Counted from the stretch's first letter, positions 12,047 through 27,168 are shown. The stretch: 64,000 nt of DNA from Octopus vulgaris (GCA_951406725.2 OX597834.1:43524001-43588000); one strand, 5' to 3'. The notes: a model not told the origin generated them from the letters alone. Translations and numbers: made by a program.

Positions 12047-12085
12047 GTAAATGGGTTTGTTGTACAGAAACTGAACGAAATACGT

Positions 12086-12146
<61 letters not shown>

Positions 12147-12267
12147 CTGCAAAAGAGACCGATAGAATAAGTACTAGGCTTACAAAGAATAAGTCCTGGG
12201 GTCGATATCTTCGACCAAAGGCGATGCTCCGGCAAGGCCGTAGTCAAATGACTGAAACAAGTCAAAC
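12047..12267 (+). mobile_element. SINE family A, body and tail with internal (TA)n
   Basis: gcaaaagagaccgatagaataagtactaggcttacaaagaataagtcctggggtcgat...gtcaaatgactgaaacaag. Confidence 0.85.
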
Positions 12268-13787
12268 ATGAAAAGCTTACATTCGGGTTGATAAATTAGC
12301 CGTTGGCGTTCTGTATTTTCTCGGTCATAATGATTCAATAATATTGGAATTGCATCATGTATAACTCCACCCCGTATTTAAGCACATCTCTATGGATTTA
12401 TTGAACGGAAAAAAATAAATAAAACAATCCATGCGTAACAGCAGCTTCGTCTCAAATGACGAACGAGTTGTTTGATTACATAAACATGACAAAATAAAAG
12501 AGTAAATTTATTTTTAAAAAATATGAAACCAACACCGTAAGTTTTACGCAAAGCCAAATATCACAGCATATTAGTAAATGAACAGAAAATATTTAACATG
12601 ATCACACGTGTCTCTTGTTGTTTTCCGCCATTGTATATATATATATTTTTTTTGTGTGTCGTATTGTGGATTACGCTGTAGAATCAGCTCTTGTGCAATT
12701 CGAAGACTAAATCAGTTTATTTTAGTTTTTAAATGTTTCCTTTTTTCATTTCATTTTTCCTTTCAATTTTTGTTGTTTTAAAAATAAACAAATTTTGCTA
12801 AAATTCTGTAAAATTCTGTAAAGAAAAATAACAAAAAAGTTTCTCGTATTTCAGTTCTAATTTCTAATTCTATTTCTGATTTTGTTTTAGGAATGATATT
12901 TATAGGAATAAAAAGAAAAGACAAAAAATAATAAGGAAATATTTGTTTTATATCTTTAATTAAATTTTGTAAAATAATTCCTAATTATAATTATAATCCA
13001 TAATTCCCCCCATGGCATCTCCATTTACAATGTGTATTTTTTAATACGTATTTTAAATTTTTGTATATATTTAAATATTTCGTTATTTATATTTCATTAA
13101 TATTTGCTGCCATTTTTAACTGTTATTGGATCTTAGTGCTCGTATCAACTAGACTGTGTTTTCGACTAGAAACATGAGACAAACTAAATCCATGCTTTTG
13201 AAATCCAATCATATTGAACTTGGATTTTCACCCTCCTTCAAATGTATCTAGCATCTGTAACATTAAACTTTGTTTGATTTTCATAACCTGCAGTGGTTAA
13301 ATTTAGATTAAAATTTTTTATATTAATATTTTGATTTTACATTTTTGAATTTTAACACTGATGACGAATTTGAACCAACGGGAAATAAAGATTCTACCTG
13401 TTAGAGTTGAATCGCACGTTACGACGGAAAACGACAGGCTTGTGTTTCTTATGTCATGATCGACAGTTAGTAGACATCGATGGAATATAAATGATAAGAG
13501 AAAAACAAATAATAAAAAATATATATAAGCATAAAAGCGGTTCTCAACAGAAAAGAACACAAGCAAAATTGACGTCTACACGTCATAAACAAACGAAAGT
13601 AATGGCGCAGACGATACATCGTCTCATGCATTATTTTATAAACACGTTCGCAATGAAAACATTCAAAATGGCTTCACACACGTGAATGAATGTGTGTAGC
13701 TAAAGTTTAACGAGTGAATATAGATAGACATGTATATAATTATATATGTGATTATGTTTGCAGGCACATACAAACTTATATATATAT

Positions 13788-13957
13788 CGCAGTTTCGATT
13801 CTCAGCCACGAGGCTCCGGCCAGGGGTGGTGGCGAACCCTGCTGTACTGTTTCGCCACAACTTTCTCTCATTCTTTCTTCTCTTGGCCTGCTCGCTTAGC
13901 CAGCGGGGTGGCGTCATTTGAAGGCTAAAACAATACGAAGCGCATTGTGACCAGCGG
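13788..13957 (+). mobile_element. Probable SINE fragment (family D)
   Basis: B-box-like gtttcgattct followed by a GC-rich body ccacgaggctccggccaggggtggtgg...gcgcattgtgaccagcg; single copy in the window, recognised from memory of octopus repeats only. Confidence 0.5.
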
Positions 13958-14233
13958 TGATCAGGAGACTACAGTTTTTTAATATTTTCCCAAAGAGCCT
14001 GAGAGGCCTACACAAAGTGGATGTAGGTGTTTTCAAATCAAAAGTGGACCTCTTCCTGTCGAGAGTCGCAGACGAATCTACCTCGCAGCAAGAGGTGCAA
14101 ATGATGGTAGCGACATCAAACTCCCTTATTTACCAAATCCCACATATTAGAGGAAGATCTCAATAATGACAGTGTAACAAAACCGCAGTGCCCCAGCATG
14201 GACACAACTTTTGAGCTGGAATTAAAAAAAAAA
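13958..14233 (+). mobile_element. CR1-like LINE 3' end (ORF2 C-terminus, 3' UTR, A-tail)
   Basis: QFFNIFPKSLRGLHKVDVGVFKSKVDLFLSRVADE...ATSNSLIYQI fits the invertebrate CR1-type LFNxLPxxIR...FKxxLDxFLxxVPDEP...SNSLI terminus; ends in poly-A. Confidence 0.75.
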
Positions 14234-14684
14234 GTTTTGTGTGTGTCTGTGTATGTGTATACATATGTATACCAGATGATAAGAAAAAAAATCAAGAAAA
14301 GTTGTTTAATGTATCCTCAATGATTTGTTGTACCAACACTATCTGTAACTACAGTTTACAGAAAATTTCGAAGTTAAAATTTACATAATGTTTGCGGTTT
14401 TAGGCATTGGAGAGACACTTTATCACAATTGCATCAAACGTATTCTGTCAGATATGTCAAAGAATTTCCATTGTCTTCTTGTCATTTCGATTATTTGCTC
14501 TTCGCCAAACAAACTTTACGGTGTGATGGTCTACACCTGAGGAATTCCGCCTTGGCCTGGAACCCGACAGTGTTGATAGCCTAGTATTCGGGTCGAGTGC
14601 TTCTCTGGAAATAGCCTAACTTTACACCTTACCAGGATCTTATATATATATGTGTGTGTGTGTATGTGTATGTCTCTGTGTGCC

Positions 14685-14705
14685 TTGATAGATAGATAGA
14701 TACAC

Positions 14706-14766
<61 letters not shown>

Positions 14767-14780
14767 CATACATACATACA

Positions 14781-14813
<33 letters not shown>

Positions 14814-14850
14814 GCATACAAACAGACAAGCGTACATATATACATATATA
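14685..14850. repeat. (GATA)n-(CATA)n microsatellite
   Basis: Directly visible. Confidence 0.95.
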
Positions 14851-15459
14851 CATATTAAGAGAGATAAAATGTGAATGTGGACACCAAAAAAAAGAACAAG
14901 AGAGGAACAACAACAATAACAACAACAACAATAACAACATCACCATTAAAAACAGCAGCAGCAGCAACAGTAACAACGACAGCAATATCAACAAGTTCCA
15001 CAACAAGAAACCAGTCAGTAAAATGTTTATTCAAAACCTGACCTGTTATTTCCATTGAAATCTTCTCAGCAACGAAGCTGAAAGCAAATTTCGTTGTGTT
15101 TATATACAAATTACTTACGTGATAATAGACAGATAGATTTAAAGCAAAGCCTTATGTATTTATATAAAATGCACACGGTAACCTTAAAACACTACGAACG
15201 ATAATACCAATTATTTGTTAATTTTATAGAGTTCGTCCAATCCATCTAAGTCTTTCTCATTCAGTCTCTCTCTCTCACTTTCTCTCTTGATATATATGTG
15301 CGTGCATGTGTGTTTGTGTGTGTGTGTGTGTTTGTCTGTGTGTGCTTCTGTGTATGTATTTATATGCTTATATCTATCTATATATTATATGTGTACGCAT
15401 GTATCTACATACATATGCATATTAATATATATACATAACAATCTACTGCTCTATGAACG

Positions 15460-15491
<32 letters not shown>

Positions 15492-15512
15492 TATATAGAG
15501 AGAGAGAGAGAG

Positions 15513-15577
<65 letters not shown>

Positions 15578-16989
15578 TATGTATATATGTGTATATCGGT
15601 GTGTACATATGCATATCAATATATATAGCTATATGAATATATATGCGTATGCATGTATATATATATATGTGCGTATGTACGCTTGTCTCTCTCTCTCTCT
15701 TTATGGATTTATGTACGTATGCATGTTTGTACGTATGTATTTATGTATATATATGCATGCAGGTATATATACTTTTTCCACTTCTAAATTGTTGTTCTCT
15801 AAATGAATGGTGCCGACAGAAGGGACATGAACACAAAATAACGATATATACACAAGCTAACTTCTTTTTTTTTTAGTTTAATTATATGTATATACATTTG
15901 TACACACACCCTCGCTCACACACATACAAATATATGTACATATACATATATAGATACATGCATATACGTATTATTTTCGTTTAAGCGCTTTGTTAGTATT
16001 TATAATTTATTGTATATTACTGTGATTATTTTATTTCTTTTTCCCGCAGTAAATAATAGAAATAATTGAAATTGTAAATAAATTGCAAAGAGAAAGCCAA
16101 ATTTCTTTAATGTATAAAATAAGTTATCTGTTATAATTGTCCCGAATCTAGAAACACTTTCATGTAAATAATTGGTATATTGACTTCAAACAAGCTACAC
16201 CGGCTATTAGATGTAAATATTTAGAATAAAAGTGGCGATGCCCATAATACATGTACTGAATTTTGGGTGGGGACTTCGAAGAAAAATTAGGTTTCTGTTC
16301 TCTAAAGAAAAAAAAAAAAACGTTTTGAATTAGTGAAGGGTTTTTTCGTTTTTTTTATTATTTTTTTTTTTTTTGTATTAAAGGAATCAAAGAAACAAGT
16401 AATTTCTGGAGAAAAGAAGTTTTCATTTAATGTTGATATGTCATTTTAGTATCTATCTGTTTACATATATCTCTTAACTTATTTTAAAACATATCGGTCT
16501 CTTATTTATACATACAAACAAGAACATTCTTATGCACAGATATATACAAAGACATACACAGACGCACATACACACACAGAGGGACATATATAAATACACA
16601 CACACATACATATATATATACGTATATATAGATATATAGATAGATAGATAGATGTGTAGGTGGGTGAACGTATGTATGTGTTACAATCGTTTTATAGGAT
16701 TTAGCTAGGCAATTAATGATAATGGCTTTCTAGAAAAAAAGTCTCTCGGTGAAAAGTTAAAGTGTGTACTTTGTGGAGCTAATGAGATCCAATATAAGAA
16801 ACAAGTCTGGTTCAACTGGTTTATATTTTTTGCGACCAAGTTATTGTATAAAAGACAAATTGTTAGCAACTACCTACGTACAAGGTTTTGGCAAAAGTCT
16901 ACAGATTTGTTTTATAGAATATCATGTCTTATTATTTTTTTTTTATGTTTTACTTGTTTCGGTCATTAGACTGCAGTTAAATTCTTCGA

Positions 16990-17342
16990 ATGACAATCGT
17001 GAGGTAAAGGGTTCGATTCTCAGCAGTGTGAAGTGTCTTCTACTATAGCCTCGGGTCGACGAAAGCCTTGTCAGTGGATTTGGTGGACGGAAACTGAAAG
17101 AAGCCAGTCGTATATATATATGTGTATGCGTATGTATCTGTTTGTGTGTGCGTGTTTGTGCCCCCAACATCGCTTTACATCCGATGCTGGTGTGTTTACG
17201 TCCACCGTCACTTAGAGGTTCGGCAAGGGAGACCAATAGAATAAGTACTAGTCTTACAAAGAATAAGTCTTGGGGGTCGATTTGCTCGACTAAAGCCGGT
17301 GCTCCAGCATGGCCGAAGTCAAATGACTGAAGCAAATACAAG
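16990..17342 (+). mobile_element. SINE family A body and tail with an atypical head
   Basis: From aagtgtcttctactatagcctcggg onward it is collinear with 37780-38213; upstream reads aatcgtgaggtaaagggttcgattctc. Confidence 0.88.
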
Positions 17343-17784
17343 ATAACAGAAAATATATTGACTGAACACTCAACTATGACTATTTGCTGTTACGTTTTTA
17401 TGCAGCAGGCGTCCCTGGTCGATGCAGCTACTTGTCATTCAAATACACGTGATTTGTTATGGTTCACATTCACGTTGTTGCTGCATTCGTCGTCCTTATC
17501 ATCTTGGTTGTTTTTGTTTCTGCTGTTGTTGTCGTTGTTATTGTAAGATATTAAATGTGAAATTCAATTTTCTACGTCTGCAAGAATTAATGCTGTCACT
17601 TCAGCGAATCTGTCCCCGGAGCATCAACTTGCGTTGTGAACGCTTGAACTCCGTGTTTCTGGTTTGGTAAGAAGTTCATCTTCGTATTGTTCTTCTGTGA
17701 ATAAGCAGGACAATATTTCTGTGAGCTTATGCAATTGGAGTCATTCATTTGGCCGTGCGCGCGCACGCCTCTGTGCGTGCGTGT

Positions 17785-17809
17785 ACGTATATATATATAT
17801 ATATATGTT

Positions 17810-17841
<32 letters not shown>

Positions 17842-17848
17842 CGTATGT

Positions 17849-17903
<55 letters not shown>

Positions 17904-17916
17904 CATATATATATAC

Positions 17917-17951
<35 letters not shown>

Positions 17952-18270
17952 AACATATATACATATATACATATATTAAATATATATTTATATGCATATA
18001 TGTATTATAGATACATGCAATATAATGTATATATATATATGTAATGTATACACACAAATATATTTATATATACGTATGATATATATACAGTAAACATACA
18101 ATATAATATATAAATATATATATATATACATACAATATAATATATATATATATATATATATAAATATATATATTTGGAAATATATATATATATACGTACA
18201 ATATAACGTATATAAATACATATATATATATACATGCAATATAATATATATATATACACAATATATATAT
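17785..18270. repeat. Degenerate (TA)n microsatellite
   Basis: Directly visible. Confidence 0.95.
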
Positions 18271-18937
18271 GCACAAACACAGTTGCGTAGAAACGCATTT
18301 ATTTCTAAATATGTAACAATATGTACGTGTGTTTTTGTGTGTGTGTGTGTGTTTGTCTGTGTGCGTGTGTGCGCGTGTGTTTCTGCGCGTGTGTGCGCTG
18401 AAAGAAAATGTAAAGATGTACCCGTTTACACAATCTTTGTCGTATAAGTATGAATAGGTACGTTTATCGGTGTGTGTGCCCACCTTTGTATATGTCTTAA
18501 ATTAACATGCATTTGTCTATATATGGATTCATATTGTTATGTATTACTACCTAGGTTGTGAGCGAGGTGTACCTATCTACGGACTTGTGTATGAGAATGC
18601 TAACGAGTGCGCATGCCTGCAGTCACATATTGTTTTACGCTTATGAATGTATTTATGAATGGGTATGTGAATGCGCTTCCGTATGCTCCTTCGTGCGTCA
18701 GTTTCACTCTGTATGCGTTTCCCTGACTTTGAATATATGTGTTTATATATACTTGTATAACTTTATACGTATTTACCTATGCATGAATATATCTCTCTGT
18801 GTGTGTTCCTATGATTATTTTCTAGTTTGCGGTGGATTTCATATGAGAGAGGCTTAGGGCTTTATCTGCGTGTCAACATATGGGTTTTGTATGAATGCGG
18901 GTATTTTGTGAGCACCAACTTTCGTATGTAAAAGTGT

Positions 18938-19790
<853 letters not shown>

Positions 19791-21202
19791 AAGCAAGGTC
19801 GATGGCAATGATGATGACGGTCACATTGACAAAAATGATAATTTCTGAGGCAAAATCTTAATTTTATAAATAACAAAGAAACGAAAGTGAAAAAAACAAA
19901 AAAAAAAAACATGAATAAACTTTATTCTAATAATGAGCAAAAGAAATAGGAGTAATTTTTACATATGTTAATTACCCGGTGGAATTAAATTCTGAATATA
20001 TTCAGAAAGCGACAACAATACTAGCCATGAATATAAACATTAATTTTTTAACTGCTTTAAGTTCTATTGTAAGGGACAAAGAAAAAACAATGAGGGGTTG
20101 GAAGTCAAAATATAAAAGTTTAAAAAAAAATGATTGTTATATATTTTTAAATATTTAAACGTGAAATCAAGGTTAGAAAGTTGAAAACTTACACACACAC
20201 ACATGAATATTATGTTTATTATATTGTAGTTTATTATATATGTATGTATATGTATGCATATGAACGTGTACGTATATGTGTATTATATATACTTATAAAC
20301 AAAACCTACATATATATATATATATATGTGTGTATGTATGTACTTACACATATATATGTATGTATATAAGTGTGTGTATATTTGTATCTATGAATATATA
20401 TTTATATATGTATATATATATAAATATAAATATATATATATACGCATATATATATATGTAAATATAAATATATATATATATATACATACGCACACGAGAA
20501 CACAAATACATACACACACACACACATACATGCGTATTGCGTTAAATATTGTTTAACAAATTGGCTTCGCCAGAGAGACAATCGTTTTATTCGTTCAACT
20601 TTCAAAACCCGTTTCATACGACAAAACGATCTTTAACCTTATATTAAAAGACATCAATTCCCCCAGGCAAGTCTCCAAGAACGTTGTTATTTCTTACTAT
20701 CTTTCATTCTTTCTTTCTGCCTTTCATTTTATTTTTTCGTTGAGTTATACTGAATAGATTAGAAAAAAACTTTAAATTTAAAACAGCTAAGATAATCTGA
20801 ATGACATTTAATCGTCACTGAATAATTCACGACAAGTTTGGAACATTGTTTTCTTCCCGTTTTTTAATTTTTATTTCATGTTTGGACAATCGGTGGTGGA
20901 GATATAATTTTATTCTGATACATTGTCGTTCATCTTATCTCCTCTATATCTGTGTATCTATGTACCTGTGTCTTTCACAACGTGTGTGTCCGCGTGCGCG
21001 TCTGCGTGTGTGGTCGCGTGTGTGTATGTGTTTGTTTTAAACAGAGGAGGATGTTTGTTGCGGGTATATGCTAATTTCGTCGCGTACAAATCCACCTCAA
21101 TTTGTTCGGTTTGAACCATAAGAACATGTTACATAATTCCCCATTACATAATTCAGCATTACATAAAGCGTGTTCGCGTTTATACATATACATATATATG
21201 TA

Positions 21203-21241
<39 letters not shown>

Positions 21242-21314
21242 TAAGTAATTAAGGGTTTAGCAACGATTTGCCTCACCACACACATATATATATGTATACA
21301 TACATATATATCAT

Positions 21315-21643
21315 CGCAGGAGTGGCTGTGTGGTAAGTAGCTTGCTTACCAACCACATGGTTCTGGATTCGTTCCCACTCCGTGGCAACTTGTGAGTGGA
21401 TTTGGTAGACGGAAACTGAAAGAAACCCTTAAGTAATAAAAATATTAATAATGATAATAATATCCGGTGTTAATGTATTTGTGTCCCCGTAAACTGTAAC
21501 TTTGTTGCTGGGCAAAGGACTAATAAAATAAGTGACAGGCTTTAGAAATAGGTACAGGGATTGATTCATTCAACAACAAAAATTTCAAGCAGGGGCTGCA
21601 GCATGGCCACTGTCTAATGATAGAAACAAGAAAAAAGTAAAAA
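21315..21643 (+). mobile_element. SINE family A, internally deleted, with a degraded tail
   Basis: cgcaggagtggctgtgtggtaagtagcttgcttaccaaccacatgg head; tail gcagcatggccactgtctaatgatagaaacaag. Confidence 0.8.
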
Positions 21644-22139
21644 TGAAATCACTTCATATTCGTTATCGTCTGAGGTAGATAAAGTAATAGTTTCTACGTG
21701 GTTACTAAAACAACTGAAAGAAAAAATCCAACCAAATCTCAAACGAATTACACTGTACTACTTTAAACTTTGGAAGGTTTTAATGGAATAATGTAATTGT
21801 GAATAGGATCAGTTCTGAGATAAAAGTAAAACGGAAGGTGTAAAAGACTGGAATGTATTTGATCGTGTGTCTTCGCGACCAAGGCCAATCTTTTTGGCTA
21901 AACAACAGCATCACCTGATGTATGAAAATGCTATCTATGACATTGATGTTACCCAACATTTACTGTGTGAAAATCCCACACATCTTAACTTCTCAGTAAT
22001 ATGTCGCTAATGTATTACGTTTCGTTTACCTTTTTTTTTTAATACACAAACCGGTGTTGTTATCAATGATATATGCATCACTAATGCAAATATTAATGGA
22101 ATCTAAAAACATACAGCACCCCCATCGCCAAAAAAAGGG

Positions 22140-22363
<224 letters not shown>

Positions 22364-23741
22364 GAAGAACCAGAGCAGAAACCATATATGCCCACAAACG
22401 AAATAACAAACCCTGAAAACAGTCTGAAATAATCGAAGGATCAAAGCTTATATTATTTGTAGTTTCTGTAGATCGGTATTTTAAGGGGATGGGCGGTTGT
22501 TGTTGTTGGCTTTTTTATGTATATATATTTTTAATGTGAATTGATATCTTCATAATCACAAAACCCCCCGAAGGATGAGTGCTTTAGCAAGTAGGAAATG
22601 GAAGGTCACATATTTTTTTATCATTGGAAAATGACATTGGCATTCTATAGGAGAACATAGAGAGTATAATAGACAGACATTTCACTTAATGCAGAAGGAA
22701 GAATAAATGCCACCGAACATGTACGTTAGAAGCTCTAGGGACTTTCGTTGCCATTTTATCTTAATTGCTCGGCCACTGTAATATCCAGGGCTGGCTCTGC
22801 TAGATAATAGAGTTACATGGAATATGTTCAGTTACGTTCTCTTAAGGGTGTTGTTAGTATTGTTTACATTCCATGAGCTTTTATACCTCCATTCTTATAG
22901 TGTTTGGCCACGTATGCACTATACGCAAAGCCTGTGTGTGTGTGTGTGTGTGTTCGTACTTGTATGAATGTATGTACGCATGCAAGGATGTGTGAATGTA
23001 CGAGTGCATCTACATGTGTTTCCATCCATGTTTGTGTTTGTGTGTATGAATTTGAATGAATGTAAGTCGGCCTGAGTGTACATATTTGTGTGTGTCTATA
23101 TAGATAACCATGCACGCTTGCAAGTATATATACACGCTATACCAATCAGTTTCTATACATAAATGTATATATATATGTATGTATATATATATATATAAAT
23201 ATATATACATGTGTGTGTATGTATATATATATATATACATATGTATGCATATATATATATATTCATATATATATACATGATTTTACTATTTGTGATAGTG
23301 ATTGTGTATGTATAAGTGTGTAGTGAGTGTGTGTGTTTGTATGTGGGTATTTGAGTGTGTGCGTGTAGACATACATATACTAGTATACAACATATCAATC
23401 AGTTTATACGACTCGATGTGTGTCTTTGTGTGTGTGCGCGCGTATCTACGCGTGTGAATCCTTCGGAGTGGTTTCACTTTCTCTCTGTGAGTATATATAT
23501 AGGTATGTATGTATGTATGTATGTATGTATGTATGTATGTATGTATGTATGTATGTATGTATGTATGGATGGATGGATGGATGTATGGATGTATGTGTAA
23601 TTGTGTACATAGTAACACCCGATCTATAAAGCTAATTTAGCCTGTAGCAATTATGTTTTAATGATCTAAAAAGCAGGCAACTACACATAAGTACAGAAAT
23701 GTTCAAAGAATTCGACCTCTCCCTTTTACTACACACACGTA

Positions 23742-24099
23742 TTCTTTTATTCTTTTATTCTTTTATTCCATTTCTTGTCTCAGTCATCTGACTACGGCAA
23801 TGCTGGAGCACCGCCTATAGTCGAGCAAATCGACCTTGGGACTTATTCTTTTGTAAGCCTAGTACTTATTCTATCGGTCTCCAGCATCGGTTGCCGAGCG
23901 ACATTCAAACATATACACACACATACATATATACATATATACAACGGGCTTCTTTCAGTTTCCGTCAACCAAATCCACTCGCAAGGTTTTGGTCAGCGAG
24001 AGTATATATATATACACGACAGGCTTCTTTCACTTTCCGTCTACCAAACCCATTCACAAGGCCCGATGCTATATTAGAAAACACTTGCCGAAGGTGCCA
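23742..24099 (-). mobile_element. SINE family A with a duplicated body segment
   Basis: ggcttctttca.tttccgtc.accaaa.cca.tc.caagg occurs twice (about 23947 and 24022); tail repeats (ttctttta)n. Confidence 0.85.
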
Positions 24100-24302
24100 A
24101 ACAGATCAGCGAAATTTTACAATCCAACAGAGCATCTGTGTGCTTGCCTATTGAAAGTATATTACTGGTCCAGAACTACCACCAAGACATCTACGAGCAA
24201 ACACATTGTACCCGCTGGGTTTTCGACCCACAGGTACATAACATGAATAAGATTAATTTCCCTGACCATTCTTGGGCTCTCACTCACTAATCCTCAAATT
24301 CA

Positions 24303-24341
24303 CAGCATTTACTAACAGCATTTACTAACAGCATTTACTAA
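24303..24341. repeat. 13-bp unit x3 (cagcatttactaa)
   Basis: Three exact tandem copies. Confidence 0.9.
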
Positions 24342-24439
24342 CGCACCCTCAAGTTTTCCTATGCGTATTGGCAAGATGTTAGTGGGATCTGCTCGAAGAG
24401 AGAAGCATCTACAATTCGTTGAATTTTATCTTACATATA

Positions 24440-24900
24440 ATTCCTTTTCCCTAAACAACCAGGCTGTGAAAAACAGTCCCTCCTTCCAGGACGGTCTTCA
24501 CGATAGGCACATCTAAGAGGCAGATCATCCCGGCGGTGTTAATAGCTGCTTGACATAATACAAGTTAGCAATGCTTGAAAACAAATCTCCGTATCTGTAG
24601 AATTTTTCGGCACCCTGTGCATATTTCCAATACCGTGGGTGCTACAGAACATTTAAAGGTGATCTCGAACCTCAGCCCCATTGCGATTGCTGCCTCACCA
24701 TAGAAATTGAGAACTGTCTTTTGTCTATCCTTCCAAATGAGGTTCCGCATACGTTTCTTACCGGAGCTCTGAGAACATCCGGTTCCTTCACCTCCACTGA
24801 CTCATTTCAGAATATAAATCTTGACGAACCAGTAAATTGCAAATGTCTAACAACATTTCGGCCTTTCAGCTATTTCCTTCGCTTACAACAGAATCTTCTA
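24440..24900 (-). mobile_element. Tx1/L1-clade LINE remnant (ORF2 C-terminal zinc-knuckle region)
   Basis: Across frameshifts: VRDHL...ICTGCRK (CxxC)...SIANLYYVKQLL...IVKTVLEGGTVFHSLV, in the order expected for a Tx1-type zf-RVT region. Confidence 0.5.
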
Positions 24901-25941
24901 TAGAAAAACGCGTCTCACAAAAGACAACCGCAACACTTTGCATTCCAGTAAGATCCATATTCACTAGTAAGCGCAGCTTACATATTGTTATCCCCTTTTT
25001 TACACCAGTCCAATTTTTCTGCAGTGCAGCACGACAAACCGTAGAGCTAGGTACAGACAACATTTCTACAAACTGCTGCAACAGAACGCATGCAATATAA
25101 TTCGAAGCGTATAGCACACGTCTTCTGCTAATGTAATATTTTCACGACCTCTTGTCATTTCCATCCGAGCACATCCAACGCTTCTCCTACCCTCGTATCT
25201 TTAACTACATAACCGTTGTACTTGATAACAAAGAATTTGTGGAGTGACATTTTCACTAGTAGCATACAATTTCTAACAGGCTTTTCTAATCTACTGAGTA
25301 GCATCTACACTGACCTTTTTCTGTGTCACTATATAAATCTATTGTATACTTATTAATTCTCTTCATCAACACCAACAACCGCTGTTAACCATCTTCTCTC
25401 TCAACTGCAGAGAAACTATTTCGCAAATTTGATCACTGCAGGCTTTACGTACCAGGAATATCACATTATCTCCCTATAGCTGTTATCCTTGTCTATGCAT
25501 CCTATTCATTGTAGAGATAAAAACTTCTTTTCACAGTAGGCCACCAGCTAAAACTGTGAACTCCATAAACTACCCACCTCTTCAAGTCCTCAATCATCAC
25601 GCGATCTCGATAATTCCATGCAGTTTGTGTATATCTATATGGCACACACTGTAAATGTATTTAGCGAGTGCAAACGCCAGGAACGTATTTCGAAGTGTCT
25701 CATGTATTTACACATTCTGGATAATAATAAGAAAACATTTCTTTTTTATGGCAAGTCACGATGTAATTTGGTCATATTCCGAAAAGATCATCAATTAAAT
25801 GTTTAGCATTTCTTACAGAGAAGAATAGATAAAATATTTCTGGAGGATAAGTGAAAATTTATAGGACGTATATACCACGTGCTGTAATTTAAAATTCAAA
25901 AACCAAATTACAGTGTAATACATCAGAATATTACTCACACG

Positions 25942-26047
25942 CCTTTCGGGGTCGATAAAATAAGTATCAGTTTGCGCACTGCGGTTGATATAATCACCTA
26001 TTATCTCCTGTGAAATTGCTGGCCTTGTGCCAAAATTTGAAATCAAC
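25942..26047 (+). mobile_element. 5'-truncated SINE family B (tail B3) with a 12-bp TSD
   Basis: attactcacacg at 25930-25941 and 26048-26059 flanks cctttcggggtcgataaaataagta...ggccttgtgccaaaatttgaaatc. Confidence 0.92.
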
Positions 26048-26538
26048 ATTACTCACACGTACACACACAACAAACATGTACACACATAGAGACAGGTACA
26101 CTAAAGCACAGGTGAGCACGTACACACATAGGCCACATATCATTCCATGTGACTTGGTAAGAACAGCCTTACATATAAACACGAAATATTCCATATATCA
26201 ATGGCTATTAATCTATAGCTGTTAACCAGTTTACGGTGGCCCTTTTGTTTTGGCACCAAAAGAAACAAATTGTCTAAGGACAGCAATGGTGGGATTTCAT
26301 CTCTTCCGAAAATTGAAGTCGAGTACAAACTTGGCTGCTTTTCAGAACATTTAGTTACAATTACTTACCGGTTTCCCTAATTCGATGATTTTCAGAAATT
26401 AATCTAATAAGGAAGGATGTGAGGCTATGTCGCATTTGTCTCGACTACTTACGCACACACATACAAATGCACACGGGCACAAACAGAAATACACTAAATA
26501 CACACATACATGTATGTATGAATATATATATGTATGTA

Positions 26539-26616
<78 letters not shown>

Positions 26617-27131
26617 TGTATAACTGTATATATAGACAGAGAGACAGACAGAGACAGATGCATATATGCATGTATATACGAATGTATGTGTCATGGTTTG
26701 TATTTCTAATTGAGGTAGAATCTATATGATATAAATCTATAAAACCCTAATATCTCCTTTGTAAAGAACCCTATCGGACTCCTCACTAACAATACATTTA
26801 CCATTTACCAATTTACCATGTATTTTGAGTATATGCGTGTGTTTTTGTGGGTCTATACCGGTGTATGTATGTATGTATATATATATATATAAAATATATA
26901 TATAAAATATATATATATATATAATATGTATGTATGTATGTATGTATGTATGCGTGCGTGTGCGTGTGTTTGTGTGTGTGTGTATGAATACCCAAAATAA
27001 ATATATCATTCATTTTCCGCTCTTCTCTGTATTGTCACAGTAAAATCGATTTTTATGCAGAGCATAATTGTTTCCTTTCTCGAATTACTCTTACGCCAGC
27101 CCGCTCCGCCATTGACACATACAAATGCACA

Positions 27132-27168
<37 letters not shown>

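Noticed and set aside
26248-26275. tttggcac miR-96/183-like seed
   Set aside because: The rest does not match a mature sequence I know, and there is no pre-miRNA-length hairpin
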